The notes under the pieces are model-generated. The model saw only the letters and a program-made list of their open reading frames with translations, searched no databases and had not been told where the DNA came from. From NCBI GenBank assembly GCA_973895155.1, contig OZ316893.1, positions 12,354,359-12,418,358 on the forward strand: a DNA stretch of 64,000 nucleotides, written 5' to 3'. Source of the stretch: Marsupella aquatica (taxonomy: Eukaryota; Plantae; Marchantiophyta). Positions within the stretch are counted from its first letter, which is position 1, and each line of letters begins with the position of its first letter. Shown here piece after piece: positions 1 to 11,757 of this stretch. A program made the position numbers and the translations under genes.

Positions 1-99
1 CCCTTTTAAAAATATGGGCCTCATGAGGGCTTGTTTGGGGTTGTGGTAACTGCACATCAAATAGCAGCAGTCAACTATGTAGAAAGAACAACACTTGGA

Positions 100-567
100 G
101 AGCATCTCCAACCCAAATGAGTTTTGTTGCCATAAGTTGACCAAACCCAATAAAGAAAATGCAAAAAACAAGGTCCAACCCACTCACTAGAATACTATCA
201 GGTTTTCAGGAACAGGGATTTTGGGGTTATTTGATCTCTATATGGAAGAGATTATACACTAGTTAATGTTTACTCGGTTTGTTGCAGTGTTTTCAAAATT
301 TCAATATATGGCTGTCAAATGTTGATACCTGTTGTTTAGGGAAATCACCCCATCAGGGTTGGAGCTGCTTTTTAGTTAAATCACCATTGTCCACCAAGTT
401 TGGGGAGGAGAAAATGGAGCACTTCTTTACTGTTTTGAGCACAGATTTTGTGGGGGACAGTGGCACTTTAAGCATGATAGATATGTACAATGAACTAAAA
501 AAGGGTGTTGTCAGACTCGGTATTTAATATATCTAGTAAGCAAAACCCGGATTGCTTGGAGATGCCC
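100..567. mobile_element. Tourist/PIF-Harbinger-like MITE (degenerate)
   Basis: Inverted termini GAGCATCTCCAA (100-111) and TTGGAGATGCCC (556-567). TTA follows the right end but the left TSD is not preserved. Same TIR family as the clean copy at 43195-43553. Confidence 0.5.
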
Positions 568-859
568 TTAGTGATATAAAAGAATAGTCAGGTTTATTGT
601 GGTGTGAAAAATGCGGACAACCTTTGGACACTTGCCATGCTTTTGCTTTTTGATGTGCAATTGCACCCAGGAGTTGTTTCCCTCTTTCCAGGGCCCATGA
701 GCATAGCATAATGACGCTCAGTGCACAGGGTTACTAGGTTGTAATCCTGTGACCAAAATGTGAAGAAAAAAAAGCTGAGGGGAGGTAGCCAGAAAACTTT
801 TCTAAGAATTCTGGGAGCAGCTCTTTTAACCCCAACCCAGACAGTAAGTATGGTATGTA

Positions 860-1278
860 AATTCAGTGGACTAGAGCCCAGCCAAGAATGTCATTATAGT
901 AAGTAATGAACCCAGACTGTCACTATCTTGCTTCTAAAATGCCAATTACAAGCTAGAGTTGGGGTCTAAGCTTCTAGAGTGAAGCTTCTAGCCTGTAACT
1001 CCATGGCTTATCATGTGGATGTGAAAAACTCATGACATGATGTCTGTCAAATGATAGCATGTATGTATGCTTTTCGTTATGATTTCTATTTACATTAAAA
1101 AATGATTACATGCATGATAATTTTTTCTATCAATTTCATTAACATTCATAAAATGTGAATAAATAATATATTTTGGTTCCATTTTTATTTTACTGTTTCA
1201 AAAACAAGTAATAGGAGCTAGTAGTATGGAAATTCAGTGGACTAGAACACAGCCCAGAATGTCATTATAGTAAGTAAT
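860..1278 (+). repeat. Dispersed ~50-bp direct repeat, 2 copies (~860-907 and ~1230-1278)
   Basis: AAATTCAGTGGACTAGA...AGAATGTCATTATAGTAAGTAAT occurs twice with few mismatches. Confidence 0.8.
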
Positions 1279-1634
1279 TTTCAGTACGGAAAAACATTAA
1301 CTATCATGAGGTTCCATAAATGATGTAAATAAGAGGGACCTCCAAAAATGGTTACACTCCCGGATAAACCTTACCTTGTTGCTTACGGAATTTTATTCTT
1401 TGCTTGGACTTCCTCAACCACTTCGAAGACCCTCAGAGAAGACGTCAGCAGTGAGCACACAACTGTTGTAAGCGAACCTTCCCTGGCTCTGGAAACCCAG
1501 CTCGAAGGCCCCCACGACCTCATCTGTAAGTGGGGTCCTTCCCAATCAGATACCCAATTCATCACTGCACACTGCTCACATGTGAAGCAGTCAAGGAGGA
1601 CCCATAGTCCCTGAATTGTGCATTCACCGGGTTC

Positions 1635-1640
1635 TATATA
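1635..1640 (+). promoter_or_regulatory. Putative TATA box of the Dabb gene
   Basis: TATATA about 170 bp upstream of the ATG at 1806; positional inference only. Confidence 0.4.
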
Positions 1641-1756
1641 CAAAGGAGGGGAAGGACATAATTGTTGTGGGGAATTGGCAGCTCAGACGCATCAGAGCGA
1701 AGAAGAGAGCAAAGCTAGATTGCAAATTCACTCCAGCGAAGTACAGAGTCCCCACG

Positions 1757-1760
<4 letters not shown>

Positions 1761-1806
<46 letters not shown>
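1761..1806 (+). repeat. (GA)n microsatellite abutting the start codon
   Basis: Perfect GA run of about 23 units whose last A is the A of the ATG at 1806. Confidence 0.95.
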
Positions 1807-1810
<4 letters not shown>

Positions 1811-3535
1811 GAGTAGTGGTCCGGTTCGCCATACAGTGGTACTCAAGCTGATCAACAAGGAAGATACAAAGAAAGTCGCTGACAGCCTGAAGGCAATGGC
1901 GAACGGACTTCCTGGCGTGAAGTGGACGAGCTTCAACGTCGTCACCGATCTCGGTCTGCTTACCGTCCCGGGCTCTCCGTCTCTCTGTGTCGTTGTGGGA
2001 TTTGTTTATGCGCCAGTTCATGATCAATTGTATAAAGTCCCTGTTGCTTGGCGTTGTTTGCTACCCCATTGTTTGCTACATGGTTAGCTTAATCTGGTTG
2101 TTGTCTTTGTCGGGCTCGTCAACTTTCTGTCTCTTCGCGGGTTTTGCTTATGGTGCGCTTCATACCAATTAAATAAGTCCCTGTCCATTTGCAGTTGTTG
2201 CTACCTCATCTGTTGCTCAATAGTTAGCTTGGTCTGATTGATGCCTTTCTCGTCGAGGCTGCTTCTTACTTTCATGTTCTGAAAGGCAGAAGCCACTGCA
2301 CTTTGCATTCTCAGTGTGCTTTTGGTTCAGAGGAGGTGATCGAGAATCGCTGCAGTGGGTTGCTTGTAAGGAGCACTTCCTAGTTTGTCTGATCGTTGTC
2401 CGTGCTATGTAATTGATACAAATGGTCCATCTCTAGTTGATGAGGTCGCTTAGGACTTTGGATTGACACAAGCTAGTGTTTATTTTTTTCTCTTTGCTCT
2501 CTCTTTGGACCATTTCGTTGTTGACTCCGGTGCTGACACCATTGCCAGAAATCCAGTTTGGAGTAAATACTTTCTTTACAACATTTCTTTGTTGACTCCA
2601 GTGCTGACACCATTGCCGCAAAACCAGCTTAGAGTTGAATGACTCTCTCGTCGAAGTAGTAATTTGTTTGAAACTGCCGGTACTAGTTGAATAATTTAAC
2701 AAATGAATAAATTTAATGTGAACGTCACAATATGAAGCCAAAACCAGCATCCTACCATAGAGGACAGAGTCAGCATTTCATTGCTTTTACATTTTGCGAT
2801 TGTTTGCCAACTTACAACAAGAAGAAGAATTTCTACGGGGGGAAAGAAAGAAAAATCAACATTGAGGTGCAATTCCTCGATGGTCATCCTCTCAGAAAGC
2901 CTGGTAGTCTGGTAGTGTCGTTGGTTAGAAATTCTGTGGGACTTTCTTCGAATTACAAGCATTACTTATCTCTTGTCCAATAGATAGGCCTTTAACTCTG
3001 AGGTCAATTTTTGGTCCTCTTGCTCTGGCCACTGAGGACACAGTTTCGTTATCATTTGAATCCGATGGTTGATGTCTGATGCCCTCTTGGTTAGGAAGGG
3101 TGGGCAATCAACGCCTGCCCGCTTAGAACAGACCGTAAAATTTTCTTCACAATACTACCGTGGACTTATCAATATCTTCCAGTCGAAAATTATATAGACT
3201 AGTTGGATACATGATCTCAATGAAGTATTAGAAGTCCCTTACATCTGTTGATTACTGCTCATGGACGGTTATGCGTCACATAACCCAAATTATGGAATTC
3301 AGAATAACCCAAATTATGGAATTCAGAAGCGATGGTTGTGTATAACTCGTAGTGATTGCATGAGGCAGGATTGGTTGAGACGAATGCGGATGTGTCTGTG
3401 ATTGCCGACTTTCCAGACAAGGAGAACTTTGTGGCATACGCTCAGCACCCAACGCACTTGGGCATAGTTAACAGCATCAAACCTCAAGTAGCTAATCGCC
3501 TTGCCATTCAGTATGATCCTCCGCAAAAATTGTAA
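1806..3535 (+). CDS. Stress-responsive alpha/beta barrel (Dabb, HS1/SP1-like) protein, isoform A: exons 1806-1953 + 3369-3535, 104 aa
   Basis: Exon 1 reads MASSGPVRHTVVLKL...VVTDL(G), with a GT donor at 1954. Exon 2a follows CAG and reads GLVETNADVSVIADFPDKENFVAYAQHPTHLGIVNSIKPQVANRLAIQYDPPQKL*. The H-x-V-x-L-K and Y-x-x-HP-x-H Dabb motifs are present. Phases join in frame (148+167 nt). Confidence 0.85.
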
Positions 3536-4719
3536 TTCACTCTTTGTACCGGCCCCAAAATATAGCAATTTTGTGGGTTCACTTCGGATGAAGTGTAACT
3601 CTCTACGAGAAGATGGTTTGCAGTTCGTGAAAAAGAAAGATATGTCCTGAACGGTTTTGATTGAGGAAACAGGAGGCACTTATGTACGGTTCGGTATCAT
3701 TCGTTGTACCAGATCTAGATATTAAGATTTTGACGTTATGTGTTGTCCCAGCCCCAAATAGTGAATTTTTGACGATAACTCTAGAGCTCAATATGCTCCA
3801 TGGCGGGCTGTTCTGAGTAAGATATGTGATACGTTATTTTTGGGGGAGTAAATGGTGATTATCTACAGCTGGATTCAACGTGTCCCATTTCTTCCTTTCT
3901 TTCTGTTTCTTAATGATGAGCTAAGGACTTCAAGAAGAGTATGAGATAATCGGGTCTGAGTTGTCAGTGTCTCCTATGTTCCCTTGATCCGCAGCTCTTT
4001 CCCGTTTTCCGTGGGGCTCATTCAATGGGTGCGCTTTAGTCTCAGTACTTCATATGTAGGCCTTGTTTTCTGAAATGAATCTTATTAGAACACAATCAGA
4101 TATCGGCTTGTCTCACTCCTTTCCAAAATATGAAGCCAAATTCATTAAAGAAAAGGACAACGGGCGTATGAACGCAATGTCAGTTGCAGTGCGTTTTTCC
4201 AAATTATTGCTAGAGCAAGAGCAAGGGGTCCGCCTATCTGAGGTCACTCTCGGCGATTCAAATAGTCTGGCTAGGTCAATTTAGGAAATTTTTGGGGTAT
4301 TCTAGTTCATACTCTACTAAAACAAATGGGGCTTTCAATTCTCAGAAGTTTCTTCCACGCTTCGCTCCATCAACCCAGGACACAGTTTCTGGCCAAAAAT
4401 CCTGTCCTCGGGGCTACCACAGGTTGTCCGAAGTCTGATATCACCTTTTGGACTTCTTGGCTATGAAGGTGGAGGGATTAATGCCTGGTAGCTAAGGACG
4501 ATGTTAAATCTTGCTTCATAATCTCTTTGTGGACTTCCCCTTGAAGTAAAACTGGTGAATTGACTATCGATATCCTTCAGGAGGGAAGTAGACACAAACA
4601 TCTCGAAGTAGATCTACTAGTGCTCGTGGATGCAGAAGCCTGAAAACCAACTTTTCATTGAATTCTTGTTTCAGAGTCAGTTGTTCTTGTATCTAACTCG
4701 AAGTCCCTACTTATGGCAG

Positions 4720-4886
4720 GATTGGTTGAGACGAATGCGGATGTGTCTTTGATCATCGACTTCCCCGACAAGGAGAATTATTTAGCATACTCTACGCATC
4801 CACAGCATCTGAACATAATCAAAAGCAATATACCTTTTGTGGCTAATCGCCTTGGTATCCAGTTGGATGCCTCAGCAAAATTGTAA
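4720..4886 (+). CDS. Duplicated alternative terminal exon (2b) of the Dabb gene; isoform B = 1806-1953 + 4720-4886
   Basis: Same length (167 nt), same phase, CAG acceptor and TAA stop as exon 2a. Reads GLVETNADVSLIIDFPDKENYLAYSTHPQHLNIIKSNIPFVANRLGIQLDASAKL*. No second exon 1 was seen between the two copies. Confidence 0.75.
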
Positions 4887-5924
4887 TTTGTTCGTTGTAC
4901 CAGCCCCAAATATAATAATAAGATTGAGGATAAGTCCTTTCAAAATACTCAAACAATTGATGATTTGACCTTCACAACTGAGACCCATGTGATTGTGGTG
5001 TGCTGTTTTGATGAGGAAAACTGGATGATTGTGTCAGATTGAGTTTAGAGGACCGGAAATATGTCCTCATACACAGTGTAACTGGTAATTTTCATGGCGG
5101 TATTTATGGCTAGACGTTTCAGTATGCCGAGTGAGTTTTGTACTGTCTGGCTATCTATCTGGTGCGCAGCAACGATTGACATGTCCTTTGGGGACCTATG
5201 GCAATAAAACCTGAGTTTGCTGTTTCACGTAAGGATTTTCTGGTCAAATAATTTAGATTTTCAGCCATCTCTCTTTGTGAATCTCTGCTGCTGCACCTGA
5301 TTGGATGCTGTGATCACTTTTATGACTTGATTGGTCCTGAAGAAGGCTGTCAACCAAACAGTCTGGGAGATGGGGTTAAGATAGGGGTTTGTGATGTTGG
5401 ATATTACCGTCTCCCTCCACTCGACTTGGTAGCTACTTACTTCTATTCGTGCTCCTGTCCCGTTCTGAATACGTGCTCTCATCCTTTGATGCTTACCGTG
5501 TGGCATGGAGGCTGGGAGTGCTCTCAGCAGGATTGTCTGTGGATTCTGAATTGGCCGTGGGGTAATCAAATTAGAAATGCGTGGGCGATGCATTTGTCAG
5601 ATGTCATAATGTTTTCTTGATGAAGAACAGGTATGGACGACGATCCGAAGTAACGATACCTCTGTAATTATTATACTCATTGCAAAGTTACAATGTTTTG
5701 AATAGGAGACAAAAGCCTTTAACAAAACAGATTTTGGGGTGACTGCCTTCCGCTTGAGTGAACTTTCCATCAACTTCTGTCAATATTGGAAACTTTCTAA
5801 CACATTGCGGTTTCTGTAGTGCAGTCAACTTTCTCTGTCCTGAGTAATTCTTCTGCTGAAACAACAAATTTGAGTGCTTCGTCCCTGAATTCTTCCTCTC
5901 CCTTTCGGTAATGAACAAAGTGAC

Positions 5925-6166
5925 TGTTAGAATCTATCACTGTTGTACTAAGGAAGACGCACCGGAGGCCAGGTTAAGTAGAGCCTGGAGCTACCGGAAA
6001 AAGGGGAGGATCAACAGACCAGCAGACTAACCTAAGATCAACAGCTAATCTGTCTGCCGTGAGTTGCGCATAAGCGACAAGAAGAACAACGGCACAAAGA
6101 GACTTAGGAGCCGCAGCAGCCAGCGGCTAATACGTAATACAGCTTACGAGTAATACTGTTCTAACA
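5925..6166 (-). repeat. 3' LTR of Copia-1
   Basis: TGTTAGAA...TTCTAACA, preceded on the minus strand by the polypurine tract GAGAGGGGG. Confidence 0.95.
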
Positions 6167-6209
6167 CCCCCTCTCGAGTAAGTGAGGGAGAATCAGAGCG
6201 CAGGATAGG

Positions 6210-6698
6210 ATGCAAAAAATGGAGGAAGGAACGATGACGTTCCGTCGGGCACTAATATTAGGCACAAGCCTAAGTGTTGAGGCGATTGGGCATATCTTCC
6301 GATTGCTTTATGTCGGTTGCAGCAGGTTGGCACAATGGATCCGTGCTCGAGAGAGAGAGATTCAGGAGATCAGGCCGGAAGAAAAGGAAGATGAAGCCAA
6401 GGATGAGCCGTATGAGTTGTTGCAGATGGCGACGAGTGTGGAGGCCGCAGTGGTAGGGGCCGATACCCCCTCTGGTTCTGTAGTTGAATCCAGGGACGTG
6501 AGACGTCTCGTGCAGGAATCTTTGATGCCGTTCGGTCATAGACGTCACTTCTATGCAATTGCAATAGGACATAGACCGGGGATATATACTTCATGGGCCG
6601 ATGCGAACCAGGAAGTATGTGGTTACCCCGGAAATTGTCATCAGGCCTTTCGGACATTTCGAGAGGCCGAGTACTTTCTCAGCCGCTACAGTCGATGA
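6210..6698 (+). CDS. Antisense ORF inside Copia-1: 162-aa protein with a C-terminal RNase H1 N-terminal hybrid-binding (Cauli_VI) domain
   Basis: FYAIAIGHRPGIYTSWADANQEVCGYPGNCHQAFRTFREAEYFL (nt ~6549-6680) fits the FYAVxxGxxxGIYxxWxxxxxQVxGYxGxxxKxFxxxxEAxxFL pattern. It fills the gap between the 3' LTR/PPT and the pol stop. Confidence 0.85.
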   Translation: MQKMEEGTMTFRRALILGTSLSVEAIGHIFRLLYVGCSRLAQWIRAREREIQEIRPEEKEDEAKDEPYELLQMATSVEAAVVGADTPSGSVVESRDVRRLVQESLMPFGHRRHFYAIAIGHRPGIYTSWADANQEVCGYPGNCHQAFRTFREAEYFLSRYSR

Positions 6699-6720
6699 TG
6701 TAGATAGGAACGTAGCGGAA

Positions 6721-9700
6721 TTAGGACTGCTTATGTATATCTGAAATGGACTTGACTCCGATGAACGCTCTATGTTTTTCAAACTTCAGCCGTGAGAGCG
6801 GTTTTGTCAAGAGGTCAGCAGGGTTTTCTGCTGTGTTGATGTAAGACAAAGTCACTTCCCCCTCCAGCACCCTTTCGCGCACAAAGTGGTGCTTGCCTTC
6901 GATGTGTTTGGTTCGGGCATGGAAAACAGGATTCTTGGCTAACTTAATAGAACCCTGATTATCACAATGTAAATGAATATCTAAAGCTGAGGGAACGGAG
7001 GCATGAGCAAGATTGTTATGAATGGTAGTGCTGGAAATGCCGAGCGGTACCTTCAAGGTGGAGTTGATATTTAGCTCAAGGAGAAGTCGGCGAACATGGA
7101 CAGCCTCTTTTGTCCCTTCTGATAGAGCTTTGTATTCAGCTTCAGTGGTACTGTCGGAAACGGTGGACTGCAGTTTGCTCGACCAGGAGATAGGGCCGGT
7201 TGCAAGTTGAAGTAGGTAGGCGCCACGAGACCGGCGTGTGTCGGGGCAGCCAAGGAAATCAGCATCAGTGAAGCCTCGGAGAAGTAATTTAGGGGAGCGT
7301 TGAAATTCGATACCAAAGTCACTCGTCCCTTTTAAGTAACGTAAGATGTGTTTGACGGATTCCCAGTGCCTTTGTTGGGGAGAGGACATGTAACGACTAA
7401 CGATGCCAACAGCATAGGCAATATCAGGTCGTGTGTGGGTGAGAAAGATGAGTTTACCCACCGCATGACAGTAGTCAGTGATATCCACTGAAGGGGTACT
7501 GGTCTCACTGGTAAGGACGTGACCTTCGGGAAGCGGAATGTGCTCACATTTCGAATCTTGCATGCCGAATTCTTCAACTAATTTCTGACAGTAACCGGTC
7601 TGATGAAGAATCAAGCTCGTGGGAGTCCGAAGAAATTCAATACCAAGGTATTTTTGAGCCAGGCCTAAATCCTTCATATCGTAGCGTTGATGGAGATCGG
7701 ACTTGATGGTGGCAATTAGTGCAGAATCACTGCCAGTGACAAGCAAGTCATCAACGTAGAGCATGATGATGGCAAGATGACCATTTGTGTGACAGAAATA
7801 TAAGTTGGGGTCAGCCAGGCTTCGAGTCCAACCGGTGGCCCGAAGGTAAGAGTCAATCTCTTCGTACCAGGCCCGGGGGGACTGTTTTAATCCATAAAGT
7901 GATCTTCTGAGGCGACAGACCATAGATTCCTTGCCTAGGACTTGAAAGCCTTGCGGTTGTTGCATAAAAATTTCCTCAGTAAGGGTGCCGTTCAGAAAGG
8001 CTGTAATGACATCCATGTGATGGAGTTCCCAGCCATTGGAGACAGCAAGAGCAATGATGGTGCGGAGAGTGGACCATTTTACAACAGGTGCAAATGTCTC
8101 ATTGTAATCAATGCCAAATTTCTGCTCAAATCCCCGAGCAACCAATCGAGCCTTGAGACGAAATCTGGTAGAGTCAGGTTTAACTCGATAGACCCATTTA
8201 GTAGTAAGAGCCCGACGCCCAGCGGGGAGATGCACAAGTTCCCAAGTCCCCAATTTCATGAGAGAGTCTATTTCTTCTTGCATAGCTTGCTTCCAACCCG
8301 GATGGTTAAGAGCCTGTGCGGTGGAGAGGTATTCAAATTCAGAGTTGGAGGATTCTACTAGTAATGCGCTCATGCAATAATCAGAATGCCAAGGAGGGGG
8401 ATGATGAGCTCTGAGGGAGTGTCGAGTGGCGGCAGGGCGAACAGGCCGGAGAGCTGGTTGCGGTTCGGGAGCTGCATCCATGGGTGGTTCTAGATCAACG
8501 ACTGGGATGGGATCCTGGGCTATGAGAAGATTTTGGTCAGCTATCATGGGAATAATATCTGGGGCTATAAAAGGAGCTGCTACGGGAATAATGGGGTCGG
8601 CCGCTACAGGGAGTAGGTCTGGTGCAGCTAAAGGGTTAATATGGTCCCCCTCTAGAACGTGCGGCCCTGGGAGAGGAACTAGTGCGGGTAGAGTAGGGGT
8701 GTAAGTGAGGTCGTCGGAGAGAAGAGAGCTAAAGAAGTTAGTAGCAGTGGATAGGTCAGGTTGTGATGTACCCATTTTGCTCTCATCAAAGGTAACGTCT
8801 TTGGAGATGATAATGCGACGTCGAGAAGAATCAAAGCATCGATAGGCCTTGGACTCTTCATCATAGCCAAGAAGAGACGTTTGAAGGGCTTTAACACCTA
8901 GCTTGGACTGCATGGTGTCAGGAAGAAGAACATATGCGGTGCAGCCGATAACACGAAGATGACTGAGGTCGGGTTTGGTACCATGAAGAGCTTCATACGG
9001 AGTGGAGTGGTGGAGTGCTTTGGTACCAGAGCGATTTTGAACGTAGTTGGCGGTGCGGATTGACTCAGTCCACAAGGTTGTAGAGAGTCCAGAACTGATC
9101 AGGATGCTTCGGGCACCTTCAAGGAGTGTTCAATTTTTTCGCTCTGCAACCCCGTTTTGATGAGGAGCTGATGCAACCGTGAGCTGTCGTCGAATGCCGT
9201 GTGATCTGCAAAAGCCAAGAAATTCTTGGGACATGTATTCACCACCCCGGTCAGATCGGACACATCCAATGGATCCGTGGAATTGCTTTTCGACCATGAG
9301 CTTGAATTCCTTAAATTTGTCAAACGTTTCACTCTTCCGATAGAGAAAATAAACCCAAGTATATCGAGAATAATCATCTATAAAGGTGAGAATGTACTTG
9401 TGGGAGTTGGAAGCCCGAATAGGTCCACACAGATCTGAGTGAAGGAGTTCCAGAGGTCGAGAAGAGCGAGAGTGAGAAAGCTTAGGAATTTTCTCCCGAT
9501 GATGCTTTGCAAGGACACATGTATGGCAGTTGCGTTTCGCTCGGGGAAGCAATGGTAGCCCAGTGACTAGAGAGCTCTGAGACATATGATGGACCATTTG
9601 ATAGTTGATGTGGCTAAGACGCCGGTGCCAGAGTTCCAGTGGATCTGGGGGGGAGACTTCAGCAACCAAGGTCGTGATTTTTCGAGTACATGAGAGGGAT

Positions 9701-11082
9701 GTGACCGGAGGATGCCAAGGAAGGCGTTGTCTAAGCTTGTAGAGCTTGTTCCTATGATCTCGAAAACCCTGAAGGAAGACCTTGCGTGGATTATCTTTGT
9801 CGAAAACAAAGCAGGATTTAGAATTGAAGAGGACAAGGTGACCAGCATCAGCAAAAGATCCAACGGAAAGAAGATTGCGTCGAAGACCCGGGACGTACAA
9901 AACTTCAGTCACCTCTTTATTCTGATCGACAACAATGTTGCCCTGGCCAGTAATAGCAAGCTTGCTGCCGCTGGCAGTAGTTACAGATTCTGAGTGGGTA
10001 CCAGGTGTGATGCTGCCAAACATGGCATTATCACCACTGACGTGAGCACTTGCTCCTGAGTCCAAGATCCACTCACTAGAGCTACGCTTAGTATCAATCT
10101 CAGTAAAGTTGACCTCAAGTGGGTCCGGTTCAGTGGGGTCATATTGATCGTCATCTTCAGCCTCAGCCTCATGTGGAATCTCAACCATATGTGCTTGCGG
10201 TTTGAAGCGACGAATACCTGCAGCTTTGATCTGCAAGTCAGAAATCTGGTCATCAAGTTTCTTAAGATCACAATGTGCTTCCCAGTGTCCCGTCTTGCTG
10301 CAGTAGTTGCAGTTTCCGGGCCTAGGTCCACGACCTGCAGCCAGATTCGGACGCGGATTGCGGAAAGGCATGTTGCCTCGAGGCTGGTAGCGGCCAGGCT
10401 GAAAACGTCCCCTTCCTCGCCCGAAGTGGCGTGTGACTGCCATGGCCTCTTCAGTAGTTTCGATTTGCTGCTTACCTTTCCTCCAGTACTCCTCCGACTG
10501 TAGGCGTTCAACCAGATTGTTGTAGGTTGGCTTGGGACTGCGAGTGAGATCAGCTCCAAATATACAGACAAAAGGATTCCACGAGATTGGAAGTCCCTTA
10601 AGTACGATGTGCATCAAGCGAGTGTCGTCTACCGCAGCATTGATGCTTGCTAGGTGACCAGCAAGTTCGTTGACGGTATTGATGTAGCTTTCAACAGACT
10701 GACTGTTGCTCATGGTCATGGTCTGAAGCTTTTGTTCGAGCAGAAGTTGTCGCTGCAGCAAGTCGCCTCCAAAACGTTGCTGGAAGTGCTCCCAGCACTT
10801 TGCTGGGTCATCCGAGAACTTATCGACGGTGGGCAGGAACTTAGCCTTGACTGTGGAGGCCAAGATGGAAGTTGCCCGGACCTTCTTCTTCTTCTTCTCC
10901 AGGGCAGTCAGAGTCAGACCGCCATCGATAAAGTTGCCGTTTGCGTCAGGTTTGACGCCAAAGTTCAGCTCCTCAATGAGCTCATCCCGTCGCAGTAGAT
11001 TCTTGACAACAATCGTCCAGGTCATGTGGTTAGTAGAGCCATCTAGTTTGTCAGACTCAGAGAATATTCTAAGTAGATCCAT
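6721..11082 (-). pseudogene. Copia-1 gag-pol polyprotein with one in-frame nonsense codon (TGA, 9130-9132) in integrase
   Basis: Motifs: zinc knuckle CNYCSKTGHWEAHC, protease WILDSGAS, LWHRRLSH, integrase SDLCGP/SDRGGEY/QNGVAERKN*TLLE, RT LYVDDLL, RNase H TDADF/EAEY/CDNQ. The two listed ORFs (9130-11082 and 6721-9075) are in the same frame. Confidence 0.93.
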
Positions 11083-11105
11083 AATGGCTACAGTGAATGC
11101 GGGAT

Positions 11106-11377
11106 CAAGGACTTCTCACTTGATCTGTGGGGCACACGAACAATGTGGTACCAGCGGTAAAAATGACAAAAAAATGTGAATCAATCAGTAAAAGCAAAGT
11201 CTACTGACACAGTGTAGATGATCGAGGACTTCTCACTTGATCTGAACTTACACGGATGTCTACAGTGATAAAAAAACAAAATGTGAATCAATCAGTAAAA
11301 GCAAAGTCTACTGACACAGTGTAGATGATCGAGGACTTCTCACTCGATCTGAACCTACACGGATGTCTACAGTGATA
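11106..11377. repeat. ~110-bp tandem repeat (about 2.5 copies) in the 5' leader of Copia-1
   Basis: AGGACTTCTCACT(T/C)GATCTG occurs three times; AATGTGAATCAATCAGTAAAAGCAAAGTCTACTGACACAGTGTAGATGATCG occurs twice. Confidence 0.85.
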
Positions 11378-11515
11378 GCCAGGAATAAACTGCTGCTGAG
11401 GTAAACGTCAAGCAGGGACACTTTCTACCTGAATGACATGCTACCTCCAAGTGTCTAAAGAACTCTAAAGAATTCTAGATGCAGCTAATCTTACAGAGCC
11501 TGCGCTCTGATACCA

Positions 11516-11757
11516 TGTTAGAATCTATCATTGTTGTACTAAGGAAGACGCACCGGAGGCCAGGTTAAGTAGAGCCTGGAGCTACCGGAAAAAGGGGAGG
11601 ATCAACGGACCAGCAGACTAACCTAAGATCAACAGCTAATCTGTCTGCCGTGAGTTGCGCATAAGCGACAAGAAGAACAACGGCACAAAGAGACTTAGGA
11701 GCCGCAGCAGCCAGCGGCTAATACGTAATACAGCTTACGAGTAATACTGTTCTAACA
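11516..11757 (-). repeat. 5' LTR of Copia-1
   Basis: Near-identical to 5925-6166 and followed on the minus strand by the PBS. Confidence 0.95.

Larger units (their letters stand above)
5925..11757 (-). mobile_element. Full-length Ty1/Copia LTR retrotransposon (Copia-1), recent insertion
   Basis: 242-bp TG...CA LTRs at 5925-6166 and 11516-11757 with 2 differences seen. 5-bp TSD GTGAC (5920-5924 and 11758-11762). Met-tRNA PBS TGGTATCAGAGC on minus (11504-11515). PPT adjacent to 6167. Domain order is gag-PR-IN-RT-RH. Confidence 0.97.

Noticed and set aside
1372-1530. Possible minus-strand exon (CAG acceptor ~1524, AG/GTAAGG donor ~1374) of a divergent gene
   Set aside because: The frames examined contain stops, and no partner exons or recognisable protein were found. 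At most a non-coding exon.
1616-2027. ORFs with ERERER / SLSLSL runs
   Set aside because: They are translations of the (GA)n microsatellite; the real CDS starts at 1806.
9130-9132. Programmed stop-codon readthrough between the two Copia-1 ORFs
   Set aside because: The TGA falls inside the conserved integrase motif ERKNRTL, replacing Arg (CGA->TGA at a CpG), and lacks a readthrough context. It is an ordinary nonsense mutation.
7022-11179. Numerous plus-strand and alternative-frame ORFs overlapping Copia-1 pol (likewise for Copia-2, the transposase and the kinase)
   Set aside because: They are shadow ORFs of real coding sequence with no independent motifs, unlike 6210-6698, which is non-overlapping and has a domain.
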